Assembly (NCBI GenBank): GCA_049968255.1
Contig: JBMFRB010000002.1
Span: forward strand, 352,001 to 416,000
Source: Candidatus Sumerlaeaceae bacterium
GTDB taxonomy: Bacteria; Sumerlaeota; Sumerlaeia; Sumerlaeales; Sumerlaeaceae
Reading direction: 5' to 3'
Length of the DNA: 64,000 nucleotides
Positions 31,946 through 41,697 of the stretch are shown here, piece after piece. Every line of letters begins with the position of its first letter. Positions within the stretch are counted from its first letter, which is position 1. The position numbers were made by a program, and so were the translations under genes. The notes below the pieces were generated by a model that saw nothing but the letters and a program-made list of their open reading frames with translations, was not told the DNA's origin and ran no database searches.

Positions 31946-33307
31946 ATGCTCCAGCAAGAACGCATTCGGATTCTCAACAATGAGCCGGTTCGGCCTGGAC
32001 AATACGTCCTCTATTGGATGCAACAAAGTCAGCGCCTTCATTGGAACCACGCGTTTGAGTACGCTGTCGCCCAGGCTAACGCTCGAGGCCAACAGGTTGT
32101 TATCGCTTTTGCCATCACGCCTAACTTTCCAGAAGCGAACCTTCGACACTATGAATTCCTGTTTCAGGGACTCGAAGATGTGGTGGTGCAAGCACAGCGC
32201 CGTGGCGTATGCTTCATTGCACGCGTCGGATCGCCTGACGAGGTGATTCTCGATTTGTCTCGCCACGCATCTGAAGTCGTTGTGGACTGCGGTTACCTCC
32301 GCATTCAGCGGCTTTGGCGAGAAAACGCGGCGAAGCGTCTCGTATGCAGATTGACAGAGATAGAAACAGATGCGGTGGTTCCAGTGCGCGTCGCTAGCCA
32401 GAAGGAACAGTATTCTGCGGCCGCCCTCCGGCCACGCTTGCATCGGCTTTTGCCCTCGTTTCTCTTGCCGATTGAAGAACAAAGCATCACGTCTCATCCC
32501 AAGGCTCCGCTGCCGTTCCCAAGCACAACGGCAGCGGAGCTTTGGGAGATTGCCTCGCGTATCGCCGTAGACAGAAGCGTTCCACCGGTCCCTGGCAAAC
32601 GAGGGGGCACGTCGCACGCCTTAGAGATTTTCGAACATTTTCTTCGCGAGAAAATTGAATCTTACGCCCTACTGCGAAACAATCCCCTGCACGACGTGAC
32701 ATCAGGGCTAAGCCCTTACTTGCATTTCGGTCACATCTCGCCGCTCTACGTTGCGTGGCGCGTCGCTGCACTTTCCCCTTCCCTTTCTCGCGATGCCTTT
32801 CTTGAACAGCTTATTGTGCGTCGTGAGCTTAGTCTGAACTTTGTCACGTTCAATTCAGCTTACGATTCGTATGACTGTTTGCCCGAATGGGCTAAGGCGA
32901 CGTTGGAAACACACGCCAAGGACCGGCGCCTCTACGTCTATTCGTGTGAAGAGTTTGAGAAAGGGCAGACGCATGATCCGATGTGGAATGCCTGCCAACA
33001 TGAACTCGTGACGACAGGGAGTTTGCACAATTATCTCCGTATGTATTGGGGAAAAAAAATTCTCGAGTGGAGCAGCTCACCGCGTGCTGCATTCGACACG
33101 GCAATTTATCTCAACAATAAGTACCAGCTTGATGGGCGGGATCCAAACAGTTTCAGCGGTGTGGCGTGGTGTTTCGGCAAGCACGATCGCCCTTGGCCCC
33201 AGCGTCCGATTTATGGAAGTGTGAGGGCGATGGCAGAGTCTGGCCTACGGAAAAAGTTTGATGTGCAAAAGTATATTTCGCACGTGCTGCAAGGCACGCA
33301 TCGTTGA
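31946..33307 (+). CDS. phr: Class II CPD DNA photolyase
   Basis: VLYWMQ, SGLSPYLHFG, EQLIVRRELS, THDPMWNA, YLRMYWGKKILEW, LDGRDPN. Confidence 0.94.
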   Translation: MLQQERIRILNNEPVRPGQYVLYWMQQSQRLHWNHAFEYAVAQANARGQQVVIAFAITPNFPEANLRHYEFLFQGLEDVVVQAQRRGVCFIARVGSPDEVILDLSRHASEVVVDCGYLRIQRLWRENAAKRLVCRLTEIETDAVVPVRVASQKEQYSAAALRPRLHRLLPSFLLPIEEQSITSHPKAPLPFPSTTAAELWEIASRIAVDRSVPPVPGKRGGTSHALEIFEHFLREKIESYALLRNNPLHDVTSGLSPYLHFGHISPLYVAWRVAALSPSLSRDAFLEQLIVRRELSLNFVTFNSAYDSYDCLPEWAKATLETHAKDRRLYVYSCEEFEKGQTHDPMWNACQHELVTTGSLHNYLRMYWGKKILEWSSSPRAAFDTAIYLNNKYQLDGRDPNSFSGVAWCFGKHDRPWPQRPIYGSVRAMAESGLRKKFDVQKYISHVLQGTHR

Positions 33308-33328
33308 AGCCGACGGAGGACGACTCTT

Positions 33329-34480
33329 ATGCGCCGTGTGATTGACGACAGAGATCGCAAATTAGCGAAATTACTTGTGAACTATAGCACCCGTGTCTCG
33401 AAAGGCGACGTCGTTATGGTGGCTGTCACAGGTACTGATGCGTTGCCTTTGGCACAAGCCTGCGTTGAAGAGTCTCTTCTTGCCGGAGCCGCTCCCCTCC
33501 TCCAGTTTTACGACCCTCTTATTCAACGCGTTTTTATCCGAGATGCCACAGAGGCGGCTTTTCAAGCTGTCGGCAAGATTGAGTTGGCCATGATGAAAAA
33601 AGTGCAGGTGTTTATCGGAATCCGCGGAAGCGATAACCCGTTCGAGCTTAGTGGCATTCCCGCGCCGCAGCTGGAGGCCTATTCGCGCTTTGTGACAAAG
33701 CCCGTGCACATCGAACAACGTGTCAAGCGCACGCGGTGGGTTGTGCTGCGCTATCCCAATGCCTCAATGGCACAATTGGCGCAAATGAGTTCTGAAGATT
33801 TTGCTGATTTTTATTACACCGCGTGCCTTGTGGATTACGCGAAGCTGCGGCGTGGTGCGGAAAAGCTCAAAAAGCTCATGGAACGCACCTCGCGCGTGCG
33901 CATTGTTGGCCCTGGAACTGATCTTGAGTTGTCTATTGCCGGAATGCCGGTGATTCCTTGCTGCGGTGAAATGAACATTCCGGATGGAGAGTGTTTCACC
34001 GCTCCGCGCCGAAGCAGTGTAGAAGGATATGTTACCTTCAACGCTCCGACTATGTGGGAGGGGCGGCCCTTTGAAAACATTTCTCTCACATTCAAGAAGG
34101 GTAAGGTAATCTCTGCCACTGCGGCCACGTCTGAGCAAACGCAAGCGCTAGAAAAGATTCTCAATCGTGACGCAGGCGGGCGCTATGTCGGAGAGTTTGC
34201 GATTGGTTTTCATCCGACTATTAGAAAACCGATGCGTGACATCCTCTTCGATGAAAAAATCGCGGGAAGTTTTCACGTGGCTCTCGGCCAGTGCTACGAC
34301 GAAGCGCCCAACGGCAATCGCTCGCAGATCCATTGGGATCTCGTATGCATCCAGCTCTCAGAATACGGTGGAGGCGAGATCTATTTCGACGAGAAGTTAG
34401 TTCGAAAAGATGGTCGGTTTTTACTCAAAGAGCTCGCCGATCTCAATCCGCCGGAATTAAGGGAATCGGCTTTGGGATAA
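33329..34480 (+). CDS. Aminopeptidase, M29 (AmpS/AmpT) family
   Basis: NIPDGECFTAP, GEFAIG, LFDEKIAGSFHVALG, SQIHWD. Confidence 0.92.
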   Translation: MRRVIDDRDRKLAKLLVNYSTRVSKGDVVMVAVTGTDALPLAQACVEESLLAGAAPLLQFYDPLIQRVFIRDATEAAFQAVGKIELAMMKKVQVFIGIRGSDNPFELSGIPAPQLEAYSRFVTKPVHIEQRVKRTRWVVLRYPNASMAQLAQMSSEDFADFYYTACLVDYAKLRRGAEKLKKLMERTSRVRIVGPGTDLELSIAGMPVIPCCGEMNIPDGECFTAPRRSSVEGYVTFNAPTMWEGRPFENISLTFKKGKVISATAATSEQTQALEKILNRDAGGRYVGEFAIGFHPTIRKPMRDILFDEKIAGSFHVALGQCYDEAPNGNRSQIHWDLVCIQLSEYGGGEIYFDEKLVRKDGRFLLKELADLNPPELRESALG

Positions 34481-34508
34481 TGGCGGGGGTAAAGGGATAA
34501 CGAGCGGC

Positions 34509-35849
34509 ATGAGCCGGTGGCTGCCATATGCTCTTTTTGCGTTCGCACTTCTTTTGTACGTGCTCGCCCCTACCACCGAGCGCAAGAGCCCGAGTGGCCC
34601 AGGGCAGGTGACCGTGACATTCTGGGGGTTTTCTTATCCCGCCCAAACCATGTTGGAGCTGAAACGTTCCTTCGAAGAAAAAAATCCCGGCATAAGAGTC
34701 GAAGTTCAGACCGTTGCATGGGAGCATCTTCAGCAAAAAACTCTCTGGGCTATCGCAGCAAATTCGAATGTTCCTGACCTCATCGTCGGAAGCTCAGAAT
34801 GGGTTGGAGGACTTATCAGCGCTGGAGCGCTGATGCCTCTGGACCACACTGGAGAGTTGGACGCGGCGTTTTTTGACCGTTATTTTTCAGCAGCCCTGCG
34901 TATTTATCAGTTCCCGGAGGTTCGTCCGGGAAATCAAAACCCCTTTGAACCAGTGGTGCGGCAGTATGGCGTACCACTGGACCTTGACCTGATGCTCACT
35001 TTTTATCGCAGCGATATCTTGGAACCCGTCCTCAAACGCATGGGGATGGGTGGTTTCCCTGAAACATGGGATGACCTTCTGGACCTTGGAAAGACAGTGG
35101 CCAAAGAGTTTCAAACGAGTCAGCCACCGGTAAAACTCCTTGTGCTTGATCCTGAGGATCCGGTTCCACTCAGTATGGCGTTTCTTCCTGCATCGGGAGC
35201 CCAGCTACTCGACCCATCGTTGCACAAAGCTGCATTTCACTCGCCCGAGGGTTGTGCAGCGTTTTCGTTTTTTTATAGATTACTGACGCAAAATTGCGCC
35301 GTGCGCTGGGATCGCAGCACGATGGAAGATCCTCTGGTGCTCTTTAAAACCACGCGTGCACTCGTGAATATATCGGGACCCTGGTACGGAAAGGTACTCG
35401 AGCGGCGCGCACCCGAATTGGCAGGGCGTTGGCGCATTGCGAAATTCCCCCGCCGGACGCGGGATTTGCCATCTTGTGCACTCGGAGGAGCTTGCCTTGC
35501 GATTCCCTATAACGCTCGTCATCCCAAAGAAGCGCTCAAGCTGATCAAATTCATGGCGACAGACGAGTTTACGTTGGATTATTTCCGCCGCGTTGGCAGT
35601 CCGCCGCCCCAAAAAACCGCATGGGAGAACCCAATTTTTCGCCAGCCTGTTGCTTACTACGGAGGCCAACACATTTACGCTCTCATTCGCGATGCGATTG
35701 AAACGGCGCGTCCAGTTCAGCTTTTGCCGAACACACAAATCTCACGTGATTATTTGCGGCGAGCTCTCCGCGCTATTGCAGATGGGGCGCCCATCCAGCA
35801 AACCTTGGAAAGAGCGGCGCAAGATGTTGACACGCTTTTGGCGCAGTAG
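34509..35849 (+). CDS. Extracellular solute-binding protein, family 1 (carbohydrate ABC type)
   Basis: N-terminal anchor, VTFWG, FEEKNPGIRVEV, YGVP, PETWDDL, SGPW, GGACLAI. Confidence 0.85.
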   Translation: MSRWLPYALFAFALLLYVLAPTTERKSPSGPGQVTVTFWGFSYPAQTMLELKRSFEEKNPGIRVEVQTVAWEHLQQKTLWAIAANSNVPDLIVGSSEWVGGLISAGALMPLDHTGELDAAFFDRYFSAALRIYQFPEVRPGNQNPFEPVVRQYGVPLDLDLMLTFYRSDILEPVLKRMGMGGFPETWDDLLDLGKTVAKEFQTSQPPVKLLVLDPEDPVPLSMAFLPASGAQLLDPSLHKAAFHSPEGCAAFSFFYRLLTQNCAVRWDRSTMEDPLVLFKTTRALVNISGPWYGKVLERRAPELAGRWRIAKFPRRTRDLPSCALGGACLAIPYNARHPKEALKLIKFMATDEFTLDYFRRVGSPPPQKTAWENPIFRQPVAYYGGQHIYALIRDAIETARPVQLLPNTQISRDYLRRALRAIADGAPIQQTLERAAQDVDTLLAQ

Positions 35850-35945
35850 GACGCAAAATAAGTCGAGGTTTTTCCACTTGCGGCTTTGCTTGGCCCAGTA
35901 ATGTCTCGGGGATGTTGACAAGCGGCGCCGGATGGCAAAAGCCTG

Positions 35946-35954
35946 TGATATACT
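35946..35954 (+). promoter_or_regulatory. Putative extended -10 promoter
   Basis: TG-a-TATACT, 36 nt upstream of the DUF1015 ATG, with RBS GGAGG in between. Confidence 0.4.
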
Positions 35955-35990
35955 TGCAATCGAACAGACCAACGGAGGTTGATTCCTAGC

Positions 35991-37358
35991 ATGGCTGACA
36001 TTTTGCCGTTTCGCGGAACGCGCTACAATAACCAGCTCATCCCGGATTTGAGCCTGGTCATATCGCCACCCTACGATGTTATATCAAAGGAGATGCAAGA
36101 CGCGCTCTATCAGCGTCATCCCAACAATGTGGTCCGTCTCATTCTGACAAAAGATGAGGACGACGACAACTTTTCCGACAAGTACACAAGGGCGGCGAAC
36201 TACTTGCGGACCTGGCGGAGCGAAGGAATTCTGATCGAAGATCATCAGCCGTCGCTCTACCTCTATGAACAGCTATTCAAGATGGCCGATGGCCGGACGA
36301 AAACACGCCGGGGCTTTTTCGCGCTTGTAAAGCTTCAAGATTACCAGGAAGGGGGCATTCGGGCACACGAGCATACATTTGCGGGGCCGAAAGCGGACCG
36401 CTTTAAACTGCTGAAAGCGACAAAAGCAAACCTCTCCCCTATTTTCCTTATTTACAACGACCCGGAAAAAAGTGTCTCCAGCCTCATCGAGGAACGCATG
36501 GATTCCACGCGTCCGTGGGCGTCGATTACCGATGAAGATGGCGTGGTGCACCGTCTTTGGGTTGTCAGCAAAAAAGATTTTATCACTGCTGTTCGTGAGA
36601 ACATGGCACCGAAAGAGCTTTTCATCGCTGATGGCCACCACCGCTACGAGACAGCTCTCGCCTACCGCGACTTCATGCGTTCCGAAACTGGACTCAAGGA
36701 TGGCAAGCAGTCGTTCGACTACACGATGGTTTACCTCTCTCACGCCGAGCAAGATGGGTTAGTAATCCTGCCAACACACCGCGCCCTTTCTCGCACGCTC
36801 ATGGCAGATGTAAATCTCAAGGAGAGCTTGGAAGAACTCGCAGACCATTTCAACGTCACAAGCGAAAAAGTGGATCTCGCTAAGGATAAGAGTGTGGCGA
36901 AAAACATCACTGATAAAGTCGCGAAACTTGGAGCTAAACGAACCGCATTCGCTATGATTGAGGCGTCGGGTAAAGTCTACTATCTCCAGCTCAAAGAAAA
37001 CGTCAAGCCGGCAGAACTCATTGATTCTGACGAGATCCCAGATGCGGTTAAGCGGCTCGACGTGTCGATCCTCCATCAATTTATTATCAACCGGGTGTTT
37101 ATTGGCAATCCAGATTTTGAGTTGGAGGAAGATGACTGCTTTTATGTTCGCGATGTTAGCAAATTATTCGAAATGCTTAAAAGCAAAAAAGCCGTTGTTG
37201 GCTTTGTCATGAATCCGACTCCCATGTCGCAAGTGTTGGAAATTGTTGCTGCTGGAATCAAGATGCCGCACAAAAGCACGTATTTTCATCCGAAGCTCGC
37301 GGATGGCCTGGTCATGCGCGATATGAGTCTCGAAACCACAAAACGCGTCCGTGGGTAA
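35991..37358 (+). CDS. DUF1015 family protein
   Basis: ILPFRG, SPPYDVI, HEHT, NLSPIF, FIADGHHRYETA, ILPTHR, MPHKSTYFHPK. Confidence 0.9.
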   Translation: MADILPFRGTRYNNQLIPDLSLVISPPYDVISKEMQDALYQRHPNNVVRLILTKDEDDDNFSDKYTRAANYLRTWRSEGILIEDHQPSLYLYEQLFKMADGRTKTRRGFFALVKLQDYQEGGIRAHEHTFAGPKADRFKLLKATKANLSPIFLIYNDPEKSVSSLIEERMDSTRPWASITDEDGVVHRLWVVSKKDFITAVRENMAPKELFIADGHHRYETALAYRDFMRSETGLKDGKQSFDYTMVYLSHAEQDGLVILPTHRALSRTLMADVNLKESLEELADHFNVTSEKVDLAKDKSVAKNITDKVAKLGAKRTAFAMIEASGKVYYLQLKENVKPAELIDSDEIPDAVKRLDVSILHQFIINRVFIGNPDFELEEDDCFYVRDVSKLFEMLKSKKAVVGFVMNPTPMSQVLEIVAAGIKMPHKSTYFHPKLADGLVMRDMSLETTKRVRG

Positions 37359-37389
37359 GCCATCGGAAATCGCGTAGCGGGGATTTAGA

Positions 37390-38187
37390 GTGCAAAATGA
37401 CATGGCGATGGGCCTCGACATGAAAGGTGGTGGGGAGGCGCTGTTCAAACAACAAATCGAGTCTCGGCTCAGAACGGTCATCACGGCTATGGGGTGGGAG
37501 GAAACGCCTCGATCAGAGCTCCTGACTCTGGGCACAAACCCTGATTTCGGTGATTACTTTACCACGGTGGCAATTGATCTGGCCGAAAAAAGCGGTGTTA
37601 ATCCAGCCGAAGCGGCCCGAATTCTTGCGAAACAGTTGGGGCCCCCGCCGAGCGTGGTACATACGGAGTCTACGGGCTCTGGTTTTGTTAACATATTTGT
37701 ACGCCCAGCAGCCGCAGCTAAGGCGTTGGAAGTGCTCCGGCGCTGGGTCGCGCAAAACGTGACGTCAGAGCCCATGCATGAGGATGTCCGTCTTTGGGTT
37801 CGCCGCAATTGTTCCGATCACAAACTGCGAAGCACATACTCCGTTTGGCAGGTTCTCCATGCGTCGTGTGAGCAATCGGGCTCCTTGGCCGGCGAAGAGA
37901 AAAACTTGTCATTGGAACTTCTTACGGAACCCGAGGAATTCGCAGTTTGTTTACTGCTGCACGAGTTTCCTCAGAAGTTGGGGCATGGAATTCCGAGTGG
38001 ATACCTCTATCAGTTAGCAGTACGGGTAAGAGATGGCTTTTTTTGGCGCGGCCGGGTTGCTCCCTTTTGGCTAGACGATTCGGAGAATCTCTTCACGGCC
38101 GGCCCACGACGTTTTCTGCTTGCGCTTTGCGAGATGGTTCTGCGCACGGGAGTTCTTGCTCATTTTCAACGACAACGAATGCACTAG
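37390..38187 (+). CDS. ArgRS-derived protein: N-terminal tRNA-binding domain plus DALR anticodon-binding domain, no catalytic domain
   Basis: FGDYFTTVA, NPAEAA, GSGFVNI, EPEE and YLYQLA align by eye with ArgS in this window; no HIGH or KMSKS; 265 aa. Confidence 0.75.
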   Translation: MQNDMAMGLDMKGGGEALFKQQIESRLRTVITAMGWEETPRSELLTLGTNPDFGDYFTTVAIDLAEKSGVNPAEAARILAKQLGPPPSVVHTESTGSGFVNIFVRPAAAAKALEVLRRWVAQNVTSEPMHEDVRLWVRRNCSDHKLRSTYSVWQVLHASCEQSGSLAGEEKNLSLELLTEPEEFAVCLLLHEFPQKLGHGIPSGYLYQLAVRVRDGFFWRGRVAPFWLDDSENLFTAGPRRFLLALCEMVLRTGVLAHFQRQRMH

Positions 38188-38191
38188 GAAT

Positions 38192-39274
38192 ATGACCAAG
38201 GCATACGAACCGACACAAGTGCCGGCTGCTGCGGGGTTTTGCATGCCGCCCGAATGGGAGGACCACGAGGCGACTTGGATCGCATGGCCGCACAACGTCA
38301 CCGATTGGCCTGGGAAATTTCACCCGATCCCGTGGGTCTTTGCCGAGGTTGTCAAGCATATCAGCGAAGATGAAGAAGTGCGCATCCTGGTGGCGGACAC
38401 CAAAATGGAGCATGCTGCACGACGAACATTGGCAAGGGCTGATGCCCTTCGTGGGAAAATCACTTTTTATCATGTTGCCACCAACCGGTGTTGGACTCGC
38501 GATTCTCTGCCGACGTTCGTCGTCAATCCACGAACAAAAACACTGGGTGCTGTAAAGTGGAGGTTCAATGCTTGGGCCAAATACGACGACTGGTGGGACG
38601 ATGACCGAGCTGGTGAGATTATTGCGAAAGCAATCCCAGAGTGCTGCTGGTTTCCGAGGCGACGAGGCTCCCGCCAGCGCATTGTGCTTGAAGGTGGCGC
38701 CATTGACGTCAACGGCCAAGGGCTAGTGCTTGCAACCGAAGAGTGCCTGCTTAGCGCCACACAAGAACGCAATCCAGGGCTCAGTCGTACTGACTATGAA
38801 GAAATCTTTGCTGAGTATCTTGGTGCGTCGGAGACACTTTGGCTTGCGGGGGGGATCGTGGGCGATGACACGCACGGCCACATAGATGACGTCGCGAGGT
38901 TTGTGGCTCATGATAAAATTGTTGTGGCGGTGGAAACTCACCCCGACGAACATCATTATGAAATTCTGCGCCAAAATGTCAAACGACTCCAGAGCTACCG
39001 CAATTCCAGCAGACGCGATCTTGAGGTGATTGAAGTTCCTCTGCCGCGTCCCGTCTATTTCGCCGGCCAGCGCCTCCCGGCCAGTTATTCGAATTTCTAC
39101 ATCACGAATCGTAAGGTGCTCGTGCCCACCTTCAACGATCCAAACGATCGCATTGCTCTCAATGTTCTTCAGAGTTTATTTGGCGATCGGACGGTGGTTG
39201 GCATCTATTGCCTGGATCTTGTCCTGGGGCTGGGAACCCTTCATTGCATGACGCAGCAGCAGCCGCGGGCGTAA
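38192..39274 (+). CDS. aguA: Agmatine deiminase (peptidylarginine deiminase-like family)
   Basis: MPPEWE, WTRDS, FNAWA, LEGGAI, DDTHGHIDD, ASYSNF, GTLHCMTQQQP with the catalytic Cys. Confidence 0.9.
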   Translation: MTKAYEPTQVPAAAGFCMPPEWEDHEATWIAWPHNVTDWPGKFHPIPWVFAEVVKHISEDEEVRILVADTKMEHAARRTLARADALRGKITFYHVATNRCWTRDSLPTFVVNPRTKTLGAVKWRFNAWAKYDDWWDDDRAGEIIAKAIPECCWFPRRRGSRQRIVLEGGAIDVNGQGLVLATEECLLSATQERNPGLSRTDYEEIFAEYLGASETLWLAGGIVGDDTHGHIDDVARFVAHDKIVVAVETHPDEHHYEILRQNVKRLQSYRNSSRRDLEVIEVPLPRPVYFAGQRLPASYSNFYITNRKVLVPTFNDPNDRIALNVLQSLFGDRTVVGIYCLDLVLGLGTLHCMTQQQPRA

Positions 39275-39331
39275 ACGTTAAGTGCAGCTCGTCAGTTTCC
39301 AAGGATTGATCTGTTATGGGAGTGATTTTGC

Positions 39332-39655
39332 ATGACTGGGACACGCACAAGGGCGTCTGTGTGGCACTTAGCTGCATCGGTAGGAATCGCAACGCTCGTG
39401 GGCGGCGGCGTGGGCTATTTTTTCACTGGATTTTATTTCGATCCCTTTCCCGAGCAGATCGAATCGCATCCTGCGAAAGGTTGGCAAACGCGACGCATTC
39501 GGACGTTCTTCCGGACTGTCGGTATAACCTCGCCCAAGAGAGGTTCTGTCGCAGGAAGCGCGGTTGAAGCAATTTGGATGATGGCGTTTTTAATTCGAGC
39601 CCGGCGCACCGAACGCGAGATCCCAAGCGAAAATGACTCGGCCCGCCCAAAGTAG
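39332..39655 (+). CDS. Hypothetical small membrane protein
   Basis: RBS GGGAG 9 nt before ATG; one clear and one weak hydrophobic segment; fills the gap before the convergent LysE gene. Confidence 0.45.
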   Translation: MTGTRTRASVWHLAASVGIATLVGGGVGYFFTGFYFDPFPEQIESHPAKGWQTRRIRTFFRTVGITSPKRGSVAGSAVEAIWMMAFLIRARRTEREIPSENDSARPK

Positions 39656-39665
39656 AACGTGACAT

Positions 39666-40397
39666 TCAACGAGGTTTGTTTGCTGGCTGCGGGCGGACGG
39701 TTACAGGTGGGCGAGGAATATGCCCTTTCCCCTGCGCCACGAGAGTCGCTTTTATAATCGAATAAATAGCTAAGCAAATGAGAATCGCTCCAACGGTTCG
39801 CTCCACCAAAAGGATGTAGCGCGGATTTAATCGACGATGAAACTGTCCGATGATCAGCGAGACGGTGAAAACCCATAGCGCACAGGCGGCAAAAACACCC
39901 AAGGCCAAGACGCTGGAAAAAAACCAGCCGTTGCCGAAATGCTGGGCCGCATTGACACTGACCAGCAGCCAATAGAAAATCGTTGGTGGGCTACCCAAAG
40001 TGAGCGCAAGGCCCAGAAAATAGCCTCGCAGCAATGCTCGCGGCCGGGTGGTAATTGCTGGATCCACGTCTTCTCCCGGTTCGGCATCCGCATCGACAGG
40101 AACCATGGCAACCGTTTGTGTTCGCAGAGCCTTGCTTCCGATGATGAACAGCAACACTCCACCGATCGCGTAGAGAATGGCTTGAGTCCAAAGCGGCAAA
40201 GCAGACAGCACCGCAACTGCTCCAGCGGAGATGGCGAAGACGTAAAAGACGTCGGCAGAGACTGCTCCCATCCCAAAGGCAATGGCTGGGATTGGTCCTC
40301 GGGAAATGGCGCGCCGAACTACTTCCAAATTGATTGGACCAGGAAAAACTGCTGCGCCAAATCCGAAAGCAAAACCGTATAGGAAAACGTGCCACAT
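39666..40397 (-). CDS. LysE/RhtB family amino acid exporter
   Basis: PGPINLEVVRRAI, GAVSADVFY, GLALTLGSP; about six TM segments. Confidence 0.85.
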   Translation of the reverse strand: MWHVFLYGFAFGFGAAVFPGPINLEVVRRAISRGPIPAIAFGMGAVSADVFYVFAISAGAVAVLSALPLWTQAILYAIGGVLLFIIGSKALRTQTVAMVPVDADAEPGEDVDPAITTRPRALLRGYFLGLALTLGSPPTIFYWLLVSVNAAQHFGNGWFFSSVLALGVFAACALWVFTVSLIIGQFHRRLNPRYILLVERTVGAILICLAIYSIIKATLVAQGKGHIPRPPVTVRPQPANKPR

Positions 40398-40580
40398 CAG
40401 CTTGTCGCTTATCACCGTCCGCGAAATGATACCGTCGAGCTACAGGAGCGTTCGATTTTACGAAGTGCTTGGCTAGATGCGAACGAGGAGCCCCCTTCTT
40501 GCAAGCTCTAAGCGAACGTCGTTTTCCCGAGCTGATGGAATTTCTTTGAAGAATGGCCTGACAAGGGAACATTGGGCCTC

Positions 40581-41663
40581 ATGACAACGGTTGGCGGACT
40601 TGACGAACTTGTTTGGCCTATGGCGGCTGTCGCATTTGTATTTGGGGCTGTCTGGGGCAGTTTCTTGAATGTGTGCATTTACCGAGTTCCCGTAGGCAAA
40701 TCGATTGTCTTTCCTGGTTCCCACTGCACTGTTTGCGGGACCCCGATTCAGTGGTTCGACAACATTCCGATTTTGAGCTATTTGCTCCTTAGCGGGACGT
40801 GTCGATCCTGTGGTTCGCATTTTAGCGCCCGTTATGCCGCAATTGAAGCGCTAAGCGGACTTCTTTTTGTCGCAATCTGGCTGACATATCCCTGGCAATT
40901 TGCTGTTATTAGCCATTGGGTTGTTCTGTGTCTCTTGCTGATTGGCATGTTCACAGACATTGATCATTTCATTATCCCGGATGGCGTAACGCTCGGCGGG
41001 CTTGGCTTCGCAATTCTTTCACAAGCAATGATCCCCACCAAGGAGAGCTTTTGCAGCCAAGACATGCGGATGATTTTGAACATTTTAGGTATCCCCGCAG
41101 CCATGCCAAACGATGGCTTCGTTGCGCATGCCGCCACCCTCGGTTGGAGCGTGATTTCTGCAGGATTTGGCTGGATGGTTCTTTCAGGAATAGCTCTTTT
41201 CGGGCGGATCTTGTTCAAAAAGGAAGCGATGGGAGGGGGGGATATCAAGCTGTTTGCATTTTTGGGGGCCTATTTCGGAGTAAGCGCAACAATGGCGATT
41301 TTGTTTTTGGCATCTGTTTTAGGAGCACTCGGGGGAAGTCTTCTTCTGCTTGCGCACAAGCTCCGTCGTCGCGATCAGGTTGACGAATTGAGCTTTGACC
41401 CGGCAGCCGCGAAGCGGCCTCCCTATGCCGTTGGTGTACACAAGAGTGATACTTGCGCAATCTTAGGCAGCCTGCAGGGGGAAACTGAGTCTGCTCCCCC
41501 GCGTTTCATCCGGATTTCACTAAAGACTTCCCGACAGCTCCATCATTTTCCTTTTGGTCCGTACATTGCTATCGCTGCAATTTTTGTGTTAATAATTTTC
41601 CAACAATACAAGAGTCATGTTGAAGAATATTTATGGTTGGTTCCGGAACTCACAGGGAAGTGA
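40581..41663 (+). CDS. pilD: Type IV prepilin peptidase / N-methyltransferase
   Basis: GSFLNVCIYR, SHCTVC...CRSC, DNIPILSY, TDIDH, MGGGDIKL, PFGPY. Confidence 0.93.
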   Translation: MTTVGGLDELVWPMAAVAFVFGAVWGSFLNVCIYRVPVGKSIVFPGSHCTVCGTPIQWFDNIPILSYLLLSGTCRSCGSHFSARYAAIEALSGLLFVAIWLTYPWQFAVISHWVVLCLLLIGMFTDIDHFIIPDGVTLGGLGFAILSQAMIPTKESFCSQDMRMILNILGIPAAMPNDGFVAHAATLGWSVISAGFGWMVLSGIALFGRILFKKEAMGGGDIKLFAFLGAYFGVSATMAILFLASVLGALGGSLLLLAHKLRRRDQVDELSFDPAAAKRPPYAVGVHKSDTCAILGSLQGETESAPPRFIRISLKTSRQLHHFPFGPYIAIAAIFVLIIFQQYKSHVEEYLWLVPELTGK

Positions 41664-41697
41664 TCTCAGAGAAAGCCGCATCCAACAGGTGAGCAAA

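Noticed and set aside
37390-38187. Calling the ArgRS-like ORF a pseudogene
   Set aside because: Open frame, clean loss of one domain, strong divergence from argS and tight spacing to aguA favour a maintained gene; not proven without orthologs.
40398-40450. Two ACGG words upstream of the LysE gene as a guanidine-II riboswitch
   Set aside because: Neither ACGG is closed by a pairing stem.
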